A DNA stretch of 64,000 nt from Promethearchaeota archaeon (GTDB lineage: Archaea > Asgardarchaeota > Lokiarchaeia > Sigyniarchaeales > SOKP01), in assembly GCA_048941285.1 (NCBI GenBank), contig JBHLNS010000012.1, positions 8,859 to 72,858 of the forward strand. The letters are read 5' to 3'. The translations under genes were made by a program, and so were the position numbers. How positions within the stretch are numbered: position 1 is the stretch's first letter; the number at the start of each line of letters is the position of its first letter. The notes under the pieces are model-generated. The model was given only the letters and a program-made list of their open reading frames with translations, had not been told where the DNA came from and searched no databases. This document shows, in pieces, positions 7,333 to 17,403 of this stretch.

Positions 7333-9408
7333 TTGCTTGATTCGAGTCTCAATGAATTAACCTCTATAGAACAATTAATATATAAATGCAAATTTAAACA
7401 GGCGCTTGAAAGAGTTGCACACTTCGAGAAGAAAAAAGAGATTTCTTTAAAAGAAAAACTCTCAGCACTTATTTTAAAAGGGAAGATATATTATTTTAAT
7501 GAACAGTATAAAAATGCTGTAGAAGTTGGTGAACTTGCTTACAATTTGAGTCAAAAGTTAGGTATTGTTACTGAAACTATTAATGCTCTCTTAATTAAAG
7601 CACAAATTGTATTCACCGGAAAATTGGGAGAAGCACATAACTATATTGAAGAAGCTGAAAATCTAATTAATCCCCTTATAAATAATTCCTCCTTTGATAT
7701 TATTGAACAACAAGCAGATTTAATATTAATAAAATCTATAATTTATCGCATTAGTAATGATCTTAACAAAGCATTAGAGCTAGCTTTAAAATGGCTTGAA
7801 CTGAAGGAGAAAACAAGTAAAAAGCTCGAAACTTCACGCATTTATTGGCAACTGGGAGAAATCTTCCTTTATAAATCTGAACCTAATAGGGCTTTAGATT
7901 ATGCTAAAAAAAGTTTAACAATTCAAAAGGAATTAAATAATCCTGTTGGTATTGCTACAAGTTTAAATCTAGTTGGTCTTACCTATTATAGTAAAGGTAA
8001 CTTTAATCAGGCGTTAAAGTTTTGTAAGCAGAGTCTTACAATTAAAGAAATAAGTGTTCGGACTAAAATTGATGCTTTACATAATTTAGGTGCTATCTAC
8101 AAAGAAATGGGTGAGATAAATAGAACTCTACGGTATTATAATAGAGCAATTGCACTTGCAGAAAAAGAAGATTATACTGAAAATTATATCATCAATGTTT
8201 TAGGAATTGGGACGATCTATAGAATGAAAGGAGAATATGTTAGAGCAATAGAATATTTTAAACATAGTTTAAAACTTTCTAAAAAAATCAAATCTCTATA
8301 TGGAATGAGCGCTACCCTTTTTTATTTGGTATTAATTAGTATTGATTTAAATAAACATCAGGAAGCACAGATATATGTATCTCAATTAGATGAACTCGCG
8401 ACTCAAACAGGCAGTAATATATTTAAACAAGCCAATATTATTGCGAAGGCGTTAATCTTAAAGAAAAGTGGTCGCATAAGGAACCATACTGAAGCTGAAA
8501 TGTTACTAAAAAAAATAACTGAAAAAGAAATAGCTACTCCTCAGTTGTATCTATTAGCATTTGTTAATTTATGTGAGTTATTCTTAAATGAGATGTCTAT
8601 TACTAATAGTATGGATGCTTTGGATGAATTGAATCCATTACTTACACGTATATCTAAAATAGCAGAAAAACAAAATGCCTATTTATGGTTGGCAGAAATA
8701 AAACTCTTGCAAGCAAAACTTGCCTTAATTCAGATGAAAATCAAGGATGCTAAACAATTATTAACTTATTCTCAACAGATCGCGGAGATCCATGGTCTTA
8801 ACTTGCTAGCGGTAAAAATCTCAAGCGAACATGATAATCTATTAGATCAATTAAACGTATGGGACAATCTTGAGAAACAAAACGCTCCGTTAGCAGATAG
8901 AATAAAACTAGCATCTTTTGAAAGTGTTATTAATCGGATGCAGGGAAAAAGTGTTGTAGATCCTCCAAAATTAATTCATGAAATACCAGTCTTACTATTA
9001 ATTATTGGGGAAGGAGGATTTCCTTTATTTTCTAATTCTTTTACGAAAGAAATAGATTTTGAAGGTGATCTTATAAGTGGATTTTTAAGCGCATTCGATT
9101 CATTCAGTGGAGAACTTTTTGCGAAAAGGCTTGACCGAGCTAAATTTGGTGATTACATAATACTTATGCAAGCAGCTAATCCTTTTTCATTCTGCTATTT
9201 ATTCAAAGGACAGACATATTTAGCTAGACAAAAATTAAAAAAATTTGTTGATTCAATACAAAACTCGCAGAAAATTTGGGAGACAATAAATAATTATTAT
9301 ACTACTAATCGGGTCGTCGAACTAAAAGATCATCCTTCTATTGAGTTATTAATAAATGAGATTTTTATTAGAAAAATTCCTAAATTGATTGGAGATCAAT
9401 CCTATTAA
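7333..9408 (+). CDS. TPR-repeat protein with C-terminal longin-like domain
   Basis: Many TPR repeats (e.g. ATSLNLVGLTYYSKGNFNQALKF). The C-terminal ~130 aa (LLLII.EGGFPLFS..F......DLISGFLSAF.SFS.E.F) resemble longin/roadblock-type small domains. Confidence 0.75.
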   Translation: MLDSSLNELTSIEQLIYKCKFKQALERVAHFEKKKEISLKEKLSALILKGKIYYFNEQYKNAVEVGELAYNLSQKLGIVTETINALLIKAQIVFTGKLGEAHNYIEEAENLINPLINNSSFDIIEQQADLILIKSIIYRISNDLNKALELALKWLELKEKTSKKLETSRIYWQLGEIFLYKSEPNRALDYAKKSLTIQKELNNPVGIATSLNLVGLTYYSKGNFNQALKFCKQSLTIKEISVRTKIDALHNLGAIYKEMGEINRTLRYYNRAIALAEKEDYTENYIINVLGIGTIYRMKGEYVRAIEYFKHSLKLSKKIKSLYGMSATLFYLVLISIDLNKHQEAQIYVSQLDELATQTGSNIFKQANIIAKALILKKSGRIRNHTEAEMLLKKITEKEIATPQLYLLAFVNLCELFLNEMSITNSMDALDELNPLLTRISKIAEKQNAYLWLAEIKLLQAKLALIQMKIKDAKQLLTYSQQIAEIHGLNLLAVKISSEHDNLLDQLNVWDNLEKQNAPLADRIKLASFESVINRMQGKSVVDPPKLIHEIPVLLLIIGEGGFPLFSNSFTKEIDFEGDLISGFLSAFDSFSGELFAKRLDRAKFGDYIILMQAANPFSFCYLFKGQTYLARQKLKKFVDSIQNSQKIWETINNYYTTNRVVELKDHPSIELLINEIFIRKIPKLIGDQSY

Positions 9409-9512
9409 AAAGGAAGATCTTGACTTTTTTATCTTAAACATTGAATTTATAATTCAATATCTATTTACTAGTATGTGTTAATTATAACTTAATTAAATAA
9501 TATACAAAGTGA

Positions 9513-11048
9513 ATAAAGATTCGCACGTTCGAACAATATGTTGAAGATTTAAAAAAAATGAAGCCGAATGTTTATATCGGTGAAGAAAAGGTAGGTAGGG
9601 ATGACCCTCGTATCCAAGGAGGAATGAACATTATTAAAGAAACTTTTGATCGTGCTCATGATCCAGAATATGAAGATTTATGCACAGCAACCTCACACTT
9701 AACTGGTAAAACTATAAATCGTTTTTGTCACATACACCAGAGTGAAGAAGATCTGCTAAAAAAGCAGAAAATGACTCGACTTTTATGTCATCGGGTTGGT
9801 GGGTGTATTCAGCGATGTATGGGAATTGATGCTATGAATGCGCTCTCAATTATTACTTATGAGATGGATCAAGCGCTCGGAACCGATCATTATAAGAGAT
9901 TTTTGAAGTATTTAGAATATTTTCAAGATAGGGATATAGTGGCAAGTTGTGCGCAAACAGATGCTAAAGGAGATCGCTTAAAAAGACCCCATCAACAAGA
10001 AGACCCAGATCAATATTTAAGAGTTGTTGAAACTAGAAAAGATGGCATTATTGTAAGAGGTTGTAAAATTAATATTACTAATACTCCCTATGCTGATGAG
10101 TTTATTGTTGTTCCATGTAGGTATATGGGTCCTGAAGATAAGGATTATGCTGTAGCATTTGCCTTACCTGGTGATTGGGAAGGAGTTAAATTACTAACTA
10201 GGCCAGCATATTATAGAAAAAGTGAGTTTATGAATGCTCCAGGATTAAAAATGGGAGATGCCGAAACATTCATCATCTTTGATGATGTTTTTGTTCCTAA
10301 TGAACGAGTTTTTCTAAATGGCAATGCTGATCCGCGACAAACTCCTTATGCTGGATTTTTAGCCCTAACTTTTGCTCATTATCATCGTCACACTTATACT
10401 GGCTGTAAACCAGCGATGTCGGAAGTTTTAGCCTCTGCTGCTGCTTTAGTTGCAGAATATAATGGTATTGAAAAAGCTTCTCATGTCCAAGATAAACTAT
10501 CTCATATTATTGGGATTGCTGAACTAGTTTTTGCAGCTGGTGAATCAAGCGCTAAACATTCAGAAAAGTCTCCCTCTGGTACCCAAATTCCAGATGAAAT
10601 ACTTACAAATGCAGGTAGACGTTTAGCGGGAGAAAATATATATGAAGAATACAGAATATTGGCAGATTTATCTGGAGGTTTGATTGCTACTTTACCTTAT
10701 GAAGGATCGTTCTTCTCGGAAGAAGTAGGGGATCTTGCGATGAAATATCTAAAAAGAAACCCACGAGTTAAACCAGAATATATCTATCGTTGTTTTCGGG
10801 GCATTGAAGGAATGGTAGTATCCGATTTAGGGGGTTTAATGCAAGTTGCAGGAGTTCATGGTGGTGGATCTCCCCAAATGGAAACAATAACTATGATGAT
10901 GCGTTATGATACTGAAAGACTTAAAGATATTTCAAAATATCTTTTTGGTATTAAATCTAAATTAAAAAAATACGAAAGGCCTACCGTCACTCCTCGGAAA
11001 ATGTTGGAAAAATTTGGAAAAACGATGCAACGGAAGGATAAAAAATAA
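9513..11048 (+). CDS. 4-hydroxybutyryl-CoA dehydratase / 4-hydroxyphenylacetate 3-hydroxylase family protein (paralog 1), probable ATA start
   Basis: CIQRC, TDAKGDR.KRP, HYHRHTYTGCK and HGGGSP motifs. The frame extends upstream of ATG 9558 to ATA 9513, giving IKIRTFEQYVEDLKKM, which matches the N-terminus of the paralog at 56809. Confidence 0.85.
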   Translation: MKIRTFEQYVEDLKKMKPNVYIGEEKVGRDDPRIQGGMNIIKETFDRAHDPEYEDLCTATSHLTGKTINRFCHIHQSEEDLLKKQKMTRLLCHRVGGCIQRCMGIDAMNALSIITYEMDQALGTDHYKRFLKYLEYFQDRDIVASCAQTDAKGDRLKRPHQQEDPDQYLRVVETRKDGIIVRGCKINITNTPYADEFIVVPCRYMGPEDKDYAVAFALPGDWEGVKLLTRPAYYRKSEFMNAPGLKMGDAETFIIFDDVFVPNERVFLNGNADPRQTPYAGFLALTFAHYHRHTYTGCKPAMSEVLASAAALVAEYNGIEKASHVQDKLSHIIGIAELVFAAGESSAKHSEKSPSGTQIPDEILTNAGRRLAGENIYEEYRILADLSGGLIATLPYEGSFFSEEVGDLAMKYLKRNPRVKPEYIYRCFRGIEGMVVSDLGGLMQVAGVHGGGSPQMETITMMMRYDTERLKDISKYLFGIKSKLKKYERPTVTPRKMLEKFGKTMQRKDKK

Positions 11049-11079
11049 ATATAATTTTCAATTTTTTATTTTTCGAGAA

Positions 11080-12042
11080 TTACATAATACATAAAACAAA
11101 TTGTTGAGTATCTGAAAGAGAGTCTAATTTAATATCATTTTTATCAATTAAGAATTGCTCAATTGGTACTCCATTTTTAAATATTTTATTAAATTTTTCG
11201 GCGAAGATTTGATAAATACTTTTATTTCTTGAGATATATACTCCAATAAGCTCAAATGCTGGGTCAAAACTAGGTTGAATTAACTCATTATCGGTTAAAC
11301 TAAAGTTACTAAAATTTTCATCTGTTACTCGGATTAGGATGTCTTTAAACTCTAAATTGAACTGCTCCACATGTTGTGTGAGAAGGGTAAATTCTTGACA
11401 GGAAATAAGGTCTTTAACAACGTCAGTATGAAAAATTACTCTAACATTAATGTTTTTCAGATTTTCTTTAATTCTATTCATTCCTAATCTCATAGATTCG
11501 CTAATTTCATCTGGAACCTTGTCAAGACTATATCTCTTTATCAAATCAATTAATGGATTATCATATCTGATACCAATAGCTATTTTGCATTCATTTTGAG
11601 CCAAGAAGGAATGATATGATTCATCAAAGTTTCGAATATTATAATTAATGAATTCAACAGGTTCTTGGGTTATTTCTTGCTCCATGTTATAATTTTTGAT
11701 GAAACTATCAAGAGCAGTTTCGCATTTCTCACTTTTTTCTTGGAATTCATTTTTAAGATCTTCAATACGTTTATTTATAATATTTTGCCATAAGGTCATT
11801 ATTGGATTTGCGATATGGATTTTCATTGGTCTATCATAAATCTGGACAAGACCCAGATCACTTAATACTGAACAGATTTTATAACCTCTTTTTAATGAGA
11901 GATTAAATTGATTGCAGACTTCTTTTAAATTATCTATTCTTTTGTTCAATAGGAGATAATGATAAATTCTTTCAATTCCTTTTTCTATTATGCCTATTGA
12001 ATCGAATAAATGGCTAAGAGGCAAAAATTCTGTTTCTTCCAT
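11080..12042 (-). CDS. TrmB-like winged-helix transcriptional regulator
   Basis: N-terminal wHTH (IYHYLL...EVC...GYKICSVLSDLGLV...RP), a coiled-coil linker and a C-terminal effector-like domain. Confidence 0.6.
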   Translation of the reverse strand: MEETEFLPLSHLFDSIGIIEKGIERIYHYLLLNKRIDNLKEVCNQFNLSLKRGYKICSVLSDLGLVQIYDRPMKIHIANPIMTLWQNIINKRIEDLKNEFQEKSEKCETALDSFIKNYNMEQEITQEPVEFINYNIRNFDESYHSFLAQNECKIAIGIRYDNPLIDLIKRYSLDKVPDEISESMRLGMNRIKENLKNINVRVIFHTDVVKDLISCQEFTLLTQHVEQFNLEFKDILIRVTDENFSNFSLTDNELIQPSFDPAFELIGVYISRNKSIYQIFAEKFNKIFKNGVPIEQFLIDKNDIKLDSLSDTQQFVLCIM

Positions 12043-12046
12043 TAAA

Positions 12047-12583
12047 TCACCTATTACCAGTTTTTTCTAATGTTATCTCAGTAAGAACTTTAAAAGCATC
12101 ATCTACATTGATATTCTCTTTAGCCGAAATTTCAACAAAACTTGCCATATCATTTTTTTCAGCAATTTGGATTCCATATTCTCTTTGGACTTCTCGTTGA
12201 GATTTTTCAAGGTCTAATTTTGAGCCAACTAGCATAATAGGTATTTGCCCTCCTTTTTGTCTTACAATTGTGATCCATTCTGAAATATTATCTAAAGTAG
12301 AGGGTCTGGTGATATCGTATAGTAAAAAGGCAGCATTCGCCCCTAAACAATATGTTGGTAAGAGAAATCTAAATCTCTCTTCACCTCCAACATCCCATAA
12401 TTGTAATTTTATTCTTTTATAATTTAACTCGATTGTCTTGACGTGAAAATCTACACCAATCGTCAATCTTTCGCTCGGGTTGAAAATGTTATAACAATAG
12501 CGTTTTGTGAAAGATGTTTTGCCTACTGAAGCATCACCAAGTAATAAAATTTTATATGTATAATCATAATTCGCCATTTTCAT
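12047..12583 (-). CDS. Rab-like small GTPase
   Basis: GDASVGKT, TIGVDF, KLQLWDVGGEERFR, LLYDIT, SKLD and EISAK. Confidence 0.95.
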   Translation of the reverse strand: MKMANYDYTYKILLLGDASVGKTSFTKRYCYNIFNPSERLTIGVDFHVKTIELNYKRIKLQLWDVGGEERFRFLLPTYCLGANAAFLLYDITRPSTLDNISEWITIVRQKGGQIPIMLVGSKLDLEKSQREVQREYGIQIAEKNDMASFVEISAKENINVDDAFKVLTEITLEKTGNR

Positions 12584-13040
12584 TAAACCTTGATGTTATT
12601 AGATAAATAAATCAATTTTAGTATTTATATTATAATTCCTCTTATGTTATTACTTTAATGAAATACTACCCTTTTAAATATAATTTGAAATTTAATTATT
12701 TTCGTTTTAAGCACATACATTTATTGGAGCACTAAACCTCAAAAATTCTTTCAGTTTTTAATAAATTAAAAACTAGAATTTTCTATGCTGATAAGGATCA
12801 CTTAGTATTTGATAACATTAGATATTCTGTAAAGTACAGTGAATTGAAAATTAGCAATATAAAGATGTTATAGTATAAATTTTTTGGTCCTCTTCTTTTA
12901 AGGGTAGGGAAAGGTTTTGGTTATAATTGAAAAATTGAATTTATTGAGACTTCCATCTCATTAAAAGACTCTAATCTCGATAATCTAGATATTCTTCAAT
13001 TATTTTTTAAGTGAACCTCCAGATATTTATATTCAGAAAT

Positions 13041-13613
13041 TCATATTTTTTTAAATAATTCCCTCATTTTTTCTTTTATTACAGGATTTAATTCTTTTTC
13101 AGCATGATTCTTTAATTCTTTATATACTAAAGGATTTTTAATGAGATGTATGTGAGTATTTAAAAATCGTATAACTGCCCACCGAACAGAATCATCAGGA
13201 TCCTTTAAAAGGGGTAATATAAAGTTTAGGTAACTCATATCACCGGCTAATTCAATTTTTAATATTGTTCTAGCTCTTGTTACAAAATCAGGATGATATA
13301 AATGGGGAACTAAGACATGCTTGAGACTGTTATTCTTTACAAAATCTAGAATAAAATTAAAAATGTCCACTTTAAAATTGTGAATTTCAGTTGTCTTATG
13401 AATATAAGAATCGAGAACTGGTTCTATCTTTTTACCAAGTTTCAATAGGCTTTCAAAAGATATAAAAAAGTTCTGTGATAAATCAGATTTATGTAATTTT
13501 AGATTTTTAATTAATTTTTTAATAATTTTGTCGTCAACTTTCGAAATTTTTACAATATCCCAATTTATATTGTCTTCTTCCTCCCAGATTTTATTATCCC
13601 TTAAATAGCTCAC
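13041..13613 (-). CDS. HEAT-repeat protein
   Basis: PBS/HEAT-like motifs LYHPDFVTRART and LLKDPDDSVRWAVIRFL. Confidence 0.7.
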   Translation of the reverse strand: MSYLRDNKIWEEEDNINWDIVKISKVDDKIIKKLIKNLKLHKSDLSQNFFISFESLLKLGKKIEPVLDSYIHKTTEIHNFKVDIFNFILDFVKNNSLKHVLVPHLYHPDFVTRARTILKIELAGDMSYLNFILPLLKDPDDSVRWAVIRFLNTHIHLIKNPLVYKELKNHAEKELNPVIKEKMRELFKKI

Positions 13614-13889
13614 TTAATACACTTTATAGTTTTATCTTTTATCATTGAAAAAAGATAGGATTTGTCTTTTAATTGATTTATTATTAAATTGAAAATAAAA
13701 AAGGAAAATTAATCAAATTATCTCAGAATTTAATAATAAGTAAATAACAAATTATCACCTTAATAAATTCTATATATTCAAAAATGATGAACTTACACGT
13801 AATTTCAAAATGTAGGAATTTTTTAAGAAATTCAAAATTCCTAGAAAATTAAATCTTATTATCAAATAAATGTTTTTTCAGTAATCAGT

Positions 13890-14750
13890 TTACAATTTTA
13901 GTAAATTTAATACATTATTATAAAAAATGTCTTGTTTTTCCTCATTTGAGATTCTTGGAAGTGACAATATTTTTTCAATCTCAATTGGCAAAGTTGATGT
14001 TGTTGGAGAATCAGAACCAAAAATTACTCTCTTATGACCTAACGTTTTAACAAGATTATATATACCAAGAGAAACAGAACAACTTGTCTCGAAGTAGATA
14101 TTATTATATTTTTTTAATAAAATTGCAACTGAATAAGCATATTCCATACAAAATGCTGCATGACCCACAATGATCTTTAAATCTGGAAATCTATTTGCCA
14201 ATTTTGCGATTTCTTGTGGTTCAGAACCATTATGGAATTTACTTTTTGGGTGAGAATGAATAAATAGAATGATTCTTTTATCATAATCCTGCATAAAAGA
14301 TACTAACTTTAAAATTTCCTTAGGAAATTTAAAAAAGTTAAAACTACCATGGATTTTAACACCGATAAAGTTTCGCTTAAAATGATCCTCTAGCAATTTA
14401 TAATTTTCCTCTTCCTCTTCAGAATTTAATTTTGGGTTAAACCAGAAAAATTTATAAAATCTTTCTGGTGCCTTTTTAGCTATATCAATTACATCATTAT
14501 GATTTAGTTGTCCTTTTGGAATTATCTCCTTAAAATTATCTATGTACTTAGTGAGATTATCTCTATCATCAACAATGGAAACAACTTCTCTTTGTTTTTG
14601 GTGAATTTTAGCCCTGTTAATTGTGGTTATGAATGCTTTTTCTACATTGTAGTGATCCATATAACTCACCACATCTGCATGTGGTGCTAGGAAAATTCCA
14701 TAAGTATGAAGATGTGCATCAAAAATCTTAAAATCATTCTTAGGGATCAT
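13890..14750 (-). CDS. Amidohydrolase family (Amidohydro_2) metal-dependent hydrolase
   Basis: FDAHLH, GVKIH, IHS, IVGH and FGSDSP motifs. Confidence 0.85.
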   Translation of the reverse strand: MIPKNDFKIFDAHLHTYGIFLAPHADVVSYMDHYNVEKAFITTINRAKIHQKQREVVSIVDDRDNLTKYIDNFKEIIPKGQLNHNDVIDIAKKAPERFYKFFWFNPKLNSEEEEENYKLLEDHFKRNFIGVKIHGSFNFFKFPKEILKLVSFMQDYDKRIILFIHSHPKSKFHNGSEPQEIAKLANRFPDLKIIVGHAAFCMEYAYSVAILLKKYNNIYFETSCSVSLGIYNLVKTLGHKRVIFGSDSPTTSTLPIEIEKILSLPRISNEEKQDIFYNNVLNLLKL

Positions 14751-14831
14751 TTTAAATCCTTTTAAATTAATGAAATTTGGAATTAATAATTAAAATAATA
14801 GACAAATTCTCTTAGAAAAAGGATAAAAAAC

Positions 14832-15101
14832 TTATAAATTTTTAATTTTTTCAATAATATTTTCTCGATTTTTTTCCCAATATTTGTCAACTGCTTTCTT
14901 TACCGCTTTTTTGGCTACTTTTTTTACAACAGTTCTTTTTATCATGACTCCAAGAACATTCATCACTTTTTCAACCATAAGACTTTTAATGATCCCTTCC
15001 ATAGATTCTCCTTTAGAAGCCTTATTAAGCCATTTATCAAATACTTTATCTACATTCTTATGAATTTTTTCTCTTAATTCTGAAGATACTTCTTCTTCCA
15101 T
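14832..15101 (-). CDS. Small basic helical hypothetical protein
   Basis: 89-aa ORF with typical codon usage and a KKVAKKAVKKAV low-complexity helix. Confidence 0.65.
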   Translation of the reverse strand: MEEEVSSELREKIHKNVDKVFDKWLNKASKGESMEGIIKSLMVEKVMNVLGVMIKRTVVKKVAKKAVKKAVDKYWEKNRENIIEKIKNL

Positions 15102-15200
15102 AAATATTTCACAAAATTAATTTTAACTTCTTGATAATAATCAAATCTTATAAAATTATACAAATAAGAAAATCTTTAAAAAAAATTCACATCTTAATTC

Positions 15201-16082
15201 TTATTTATGTTTAATGAATGTACCATTTTGATATTCATTAAAAGCTATTCTTAATTCTTCATCTGTATTCATAACAATTGGACCACGCCAAGCTACTGGT
15301 TCTTTTAAAGGTTTCCCAGAGACTAATAAGAATCGAACTCCTTGTTCTTCTGTGCTTACTTTTATAAGATCTCCCTCTCGGAAAATTACTAAGGTTTCTT
15401 TTCCTACTAATTCTTCCCTATTATCATCAAAATATCCAGCACCATGAATGGTATAAGCCAAAACGTTATATTCTTCTCTAATTTGATGAGTGAATTCTGA
15501 ATTTGGATTAATTGTTATATCTAAATATTCAGGGTCAGTAATAATATCCTGAACTGGGCCCTTAACACCATTTATCTCCCCAGAAATTATTTTAATTTTT
15601 ATATTGTCATTATTAAAACATACTTCTGGAATTTGAATATTTTTGATGTCTCGATATCTAGGTTCCATCATTTTATGTGAAGCTGGGAGATTTGCCCAAA
15701 GTTGAAATCCCCAAAGTAATGAATCATGTTTATCTCTTTTAGGCATTTCTTGATGAATAATGCCTGATCCTGCTGTCATCCACTGAACATCACCAGCTTC
15801 GATAACTCCTTCATTCCCCAAACTATCTCCATGTTCAACTCTACCATGTAACATATATGTAATTGTTTCTATACCACGATGAGGATGCCAGGGGAATCCT
15901 GCCATATAATCTTTGGGATCATCTGAATGAAAGTCATCGAGGAGTAAAAACGGGTCTAGCGATGAATCTGAATAACCAAAGGCTCTTTTTAATCTAACGC
16001 CAGCACCCTCAAAAGTTGGCCTGCTTTTCAATGTTACTTTAATTTTTCTAATTTTGTCCATAATATTTAACTCTGAAATCAT
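15201..16082 (-). CDS. Pirin family protein
   Basis: DPFLLLD, GFPWHPHRGIETITY, WMTAGSGIIHQE and GPIVMNT. The likely start is the second Met (MDKIRK). Confidence 0.95.
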   Translation of the reverse strand: MISELNIMDKIRKIKVTLKSRPTFEGAGVRLKRAFGYSDSSLDPFLLLDDFHSDDPKDYMAGFPWHPHRGIETITYMLHGRVEHGDSLGNEGVIEAGDVQWMTAGSGIIHQEMPKRDKHDSLLWGFQLWANLPASHKMMEPRYRDIKNIQIPEVCFNNDNIKIKIISGEINGVKGPVQDIITDPEYLDITINPNSEFTHQIREEYNVLAYTIHGAGYFDDNREELVGKETLVIFREGDLIKVSTEEQGVRFLLVSGKPLKEPVAWRGPIVMNTDEELRIAFNEYQNGTFIKHK

Positions 16083-16172
16083 AAAGTTATTTCTTTGCTT
16101 TATAAAAACTAGACTATTTTAACAATATGTAAATAAAAAATAAATCATAACCACTTAATAACATCATTTAAT

Positions 16173-17384
16173 TTGAGAAATAAATTAGTCATTCCTATGT
16201 TAAACCATCGATTAATATTAGATTCAGTAAAGCCAAAACAGTTTGTTAAGGCAGCCATTCAATTCTTACAAAAACATGCTAAGGATAAAAAAGTGTTTTG
16301 TGCTTTATCGGGAGGGATTGATAGTGCAACCACGTATCTTTTGTTAAAAAAAGCAAAAATCAATACTATACCCGTTTTTATCGATCACGGGCTTATGAGA
16401 ATCATTAAAGGAATAGAAGAGCGTGAATATATAAAAAAGCTTTTTCCAGATGTAAGAATTATTGACATTAGAAAGCATTTTCTACCAAAAATATATGGTG
16501 AAGGAGATGCAGAAAAAAAAAGGAAACTTTTCAAATCTGCTTATTCAGAAATTATTAGTAAAATAATTCAGGAAGAAAAGTGTGATTTTCTTGCAGACGG
16601 TACTATTCTTCCAGATATAGAGGAGAGTTTTGGTGTTAAAGTTACCGATCTAAAGGAAACAATGAATCTTAACGAAGAAAAAGAACTATTAGAGAAACAT
16701 CGTGAAGGTTTTGTAAAAAGTCAGCATAATGTTGAAATCGAATATAATGTTAAGGCAACTATTCAGCCAGTTGCTAGTCTTACAAAACATGAAATTCGAA
16801 AAATCCTTGAATACTTTAAAATGCCACTGGAACTTATTTATAGGAAAGCTTTTCCAGGACCAGCACTCTCGGCCAGAATTATTGGACCTGTCTCTGAAGA
16901 AAACTTATCTTTTGAGAAGAAAGTCCACGATTTAGTTGAATCTTCAGTAGAAAAATATTATGAAGAGAAATATGGAAAAACTATGATTATTAATACGGAG
17001 GGAGAACAAGAGCCATTTCAAGTGTTTGCAGCAATAAGTGAAGATATTCTTAATAAAAAAGTGACGGGATTAGCTCAGGGTAAAAGGGTTTATGATTATC
17101 CTTTATCAGAAAAAGATGAGTGGGATTATAATACCCTAATCGAAAAAGCTTCTAAAATAAAAACACATGCCAGATTGTTTTATGAATTGGGCGATAATCA
17201 GCAAGGTAAATATGATATCGTAATTAGATCTATTAATAGTAGAGATGCAAGAACAGCCACAGTTACAAATTTACCATTTGAATTACTGAATAAGTTAAAA
17301 GAAAGACTCCTTAATGTATCACAATCTAAAACTGTATATTTTGATGTCACTCCAAAACCCCCGGCAACTATAGAATATGTATGA
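16173..17384 (+). CDS. guaAB: GMP synthase ATP-pyrophosphatase subunit (subunit B), divergent
   Basis: ALSGGIDS PP-loop, DHGLMR, GTILPDIEES, KSQHNV, FPGPALSARI and C-terminal DVTPKPPATIEYV. No glutaminase domain. ATG at 16197 is a likely start. Confidence 0.85.
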   Translation: MRNKLVIPMLNHRLILDSVKPKQFVKAAIQFLQKHAKDKKVFCALSGGIDSATTYLLLKKAKINTIPVFIDHGLMRIIKGIEEREYIKKLFPDVRIIDIRKHFLPKIYGEGDAEKKRKLFKSAYSEIISKIIQEEKCDFLADGTILPDIEESFGVKVTDLKETMNLNEEKELLEKHREGFVKSQHNVEIEYNVKATIQPVASLTKHEIRKILEYFKMPLELIYRKAFPGPALSARIIGPVSEENLSFEKKVHDLVESSVEKYYEEKYGKTMIINTEGEQEPFQVFAAISEDILNKKVTGLAQGKRVYDYPLSEKDEWDYNTLIEKASKIKTHARLFYELGDNQQGKYDIVIRSINSRDARTATVTNLPFELLNKLKERLLNVSQSKTVYFDVTPKPPATIEYV

Positions 17385-17403
17385 AAATTTGGATACTTCC
17401 TCT

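Noticed and set aside
9510-9512. TGA upstream of the AbfD-like gene considered as selenocysteine readthrough
   Set aside because: Another in-frame stop (TAA at 9498) follows within four codons upstream with no start codon between, and the position is not a Cys site.
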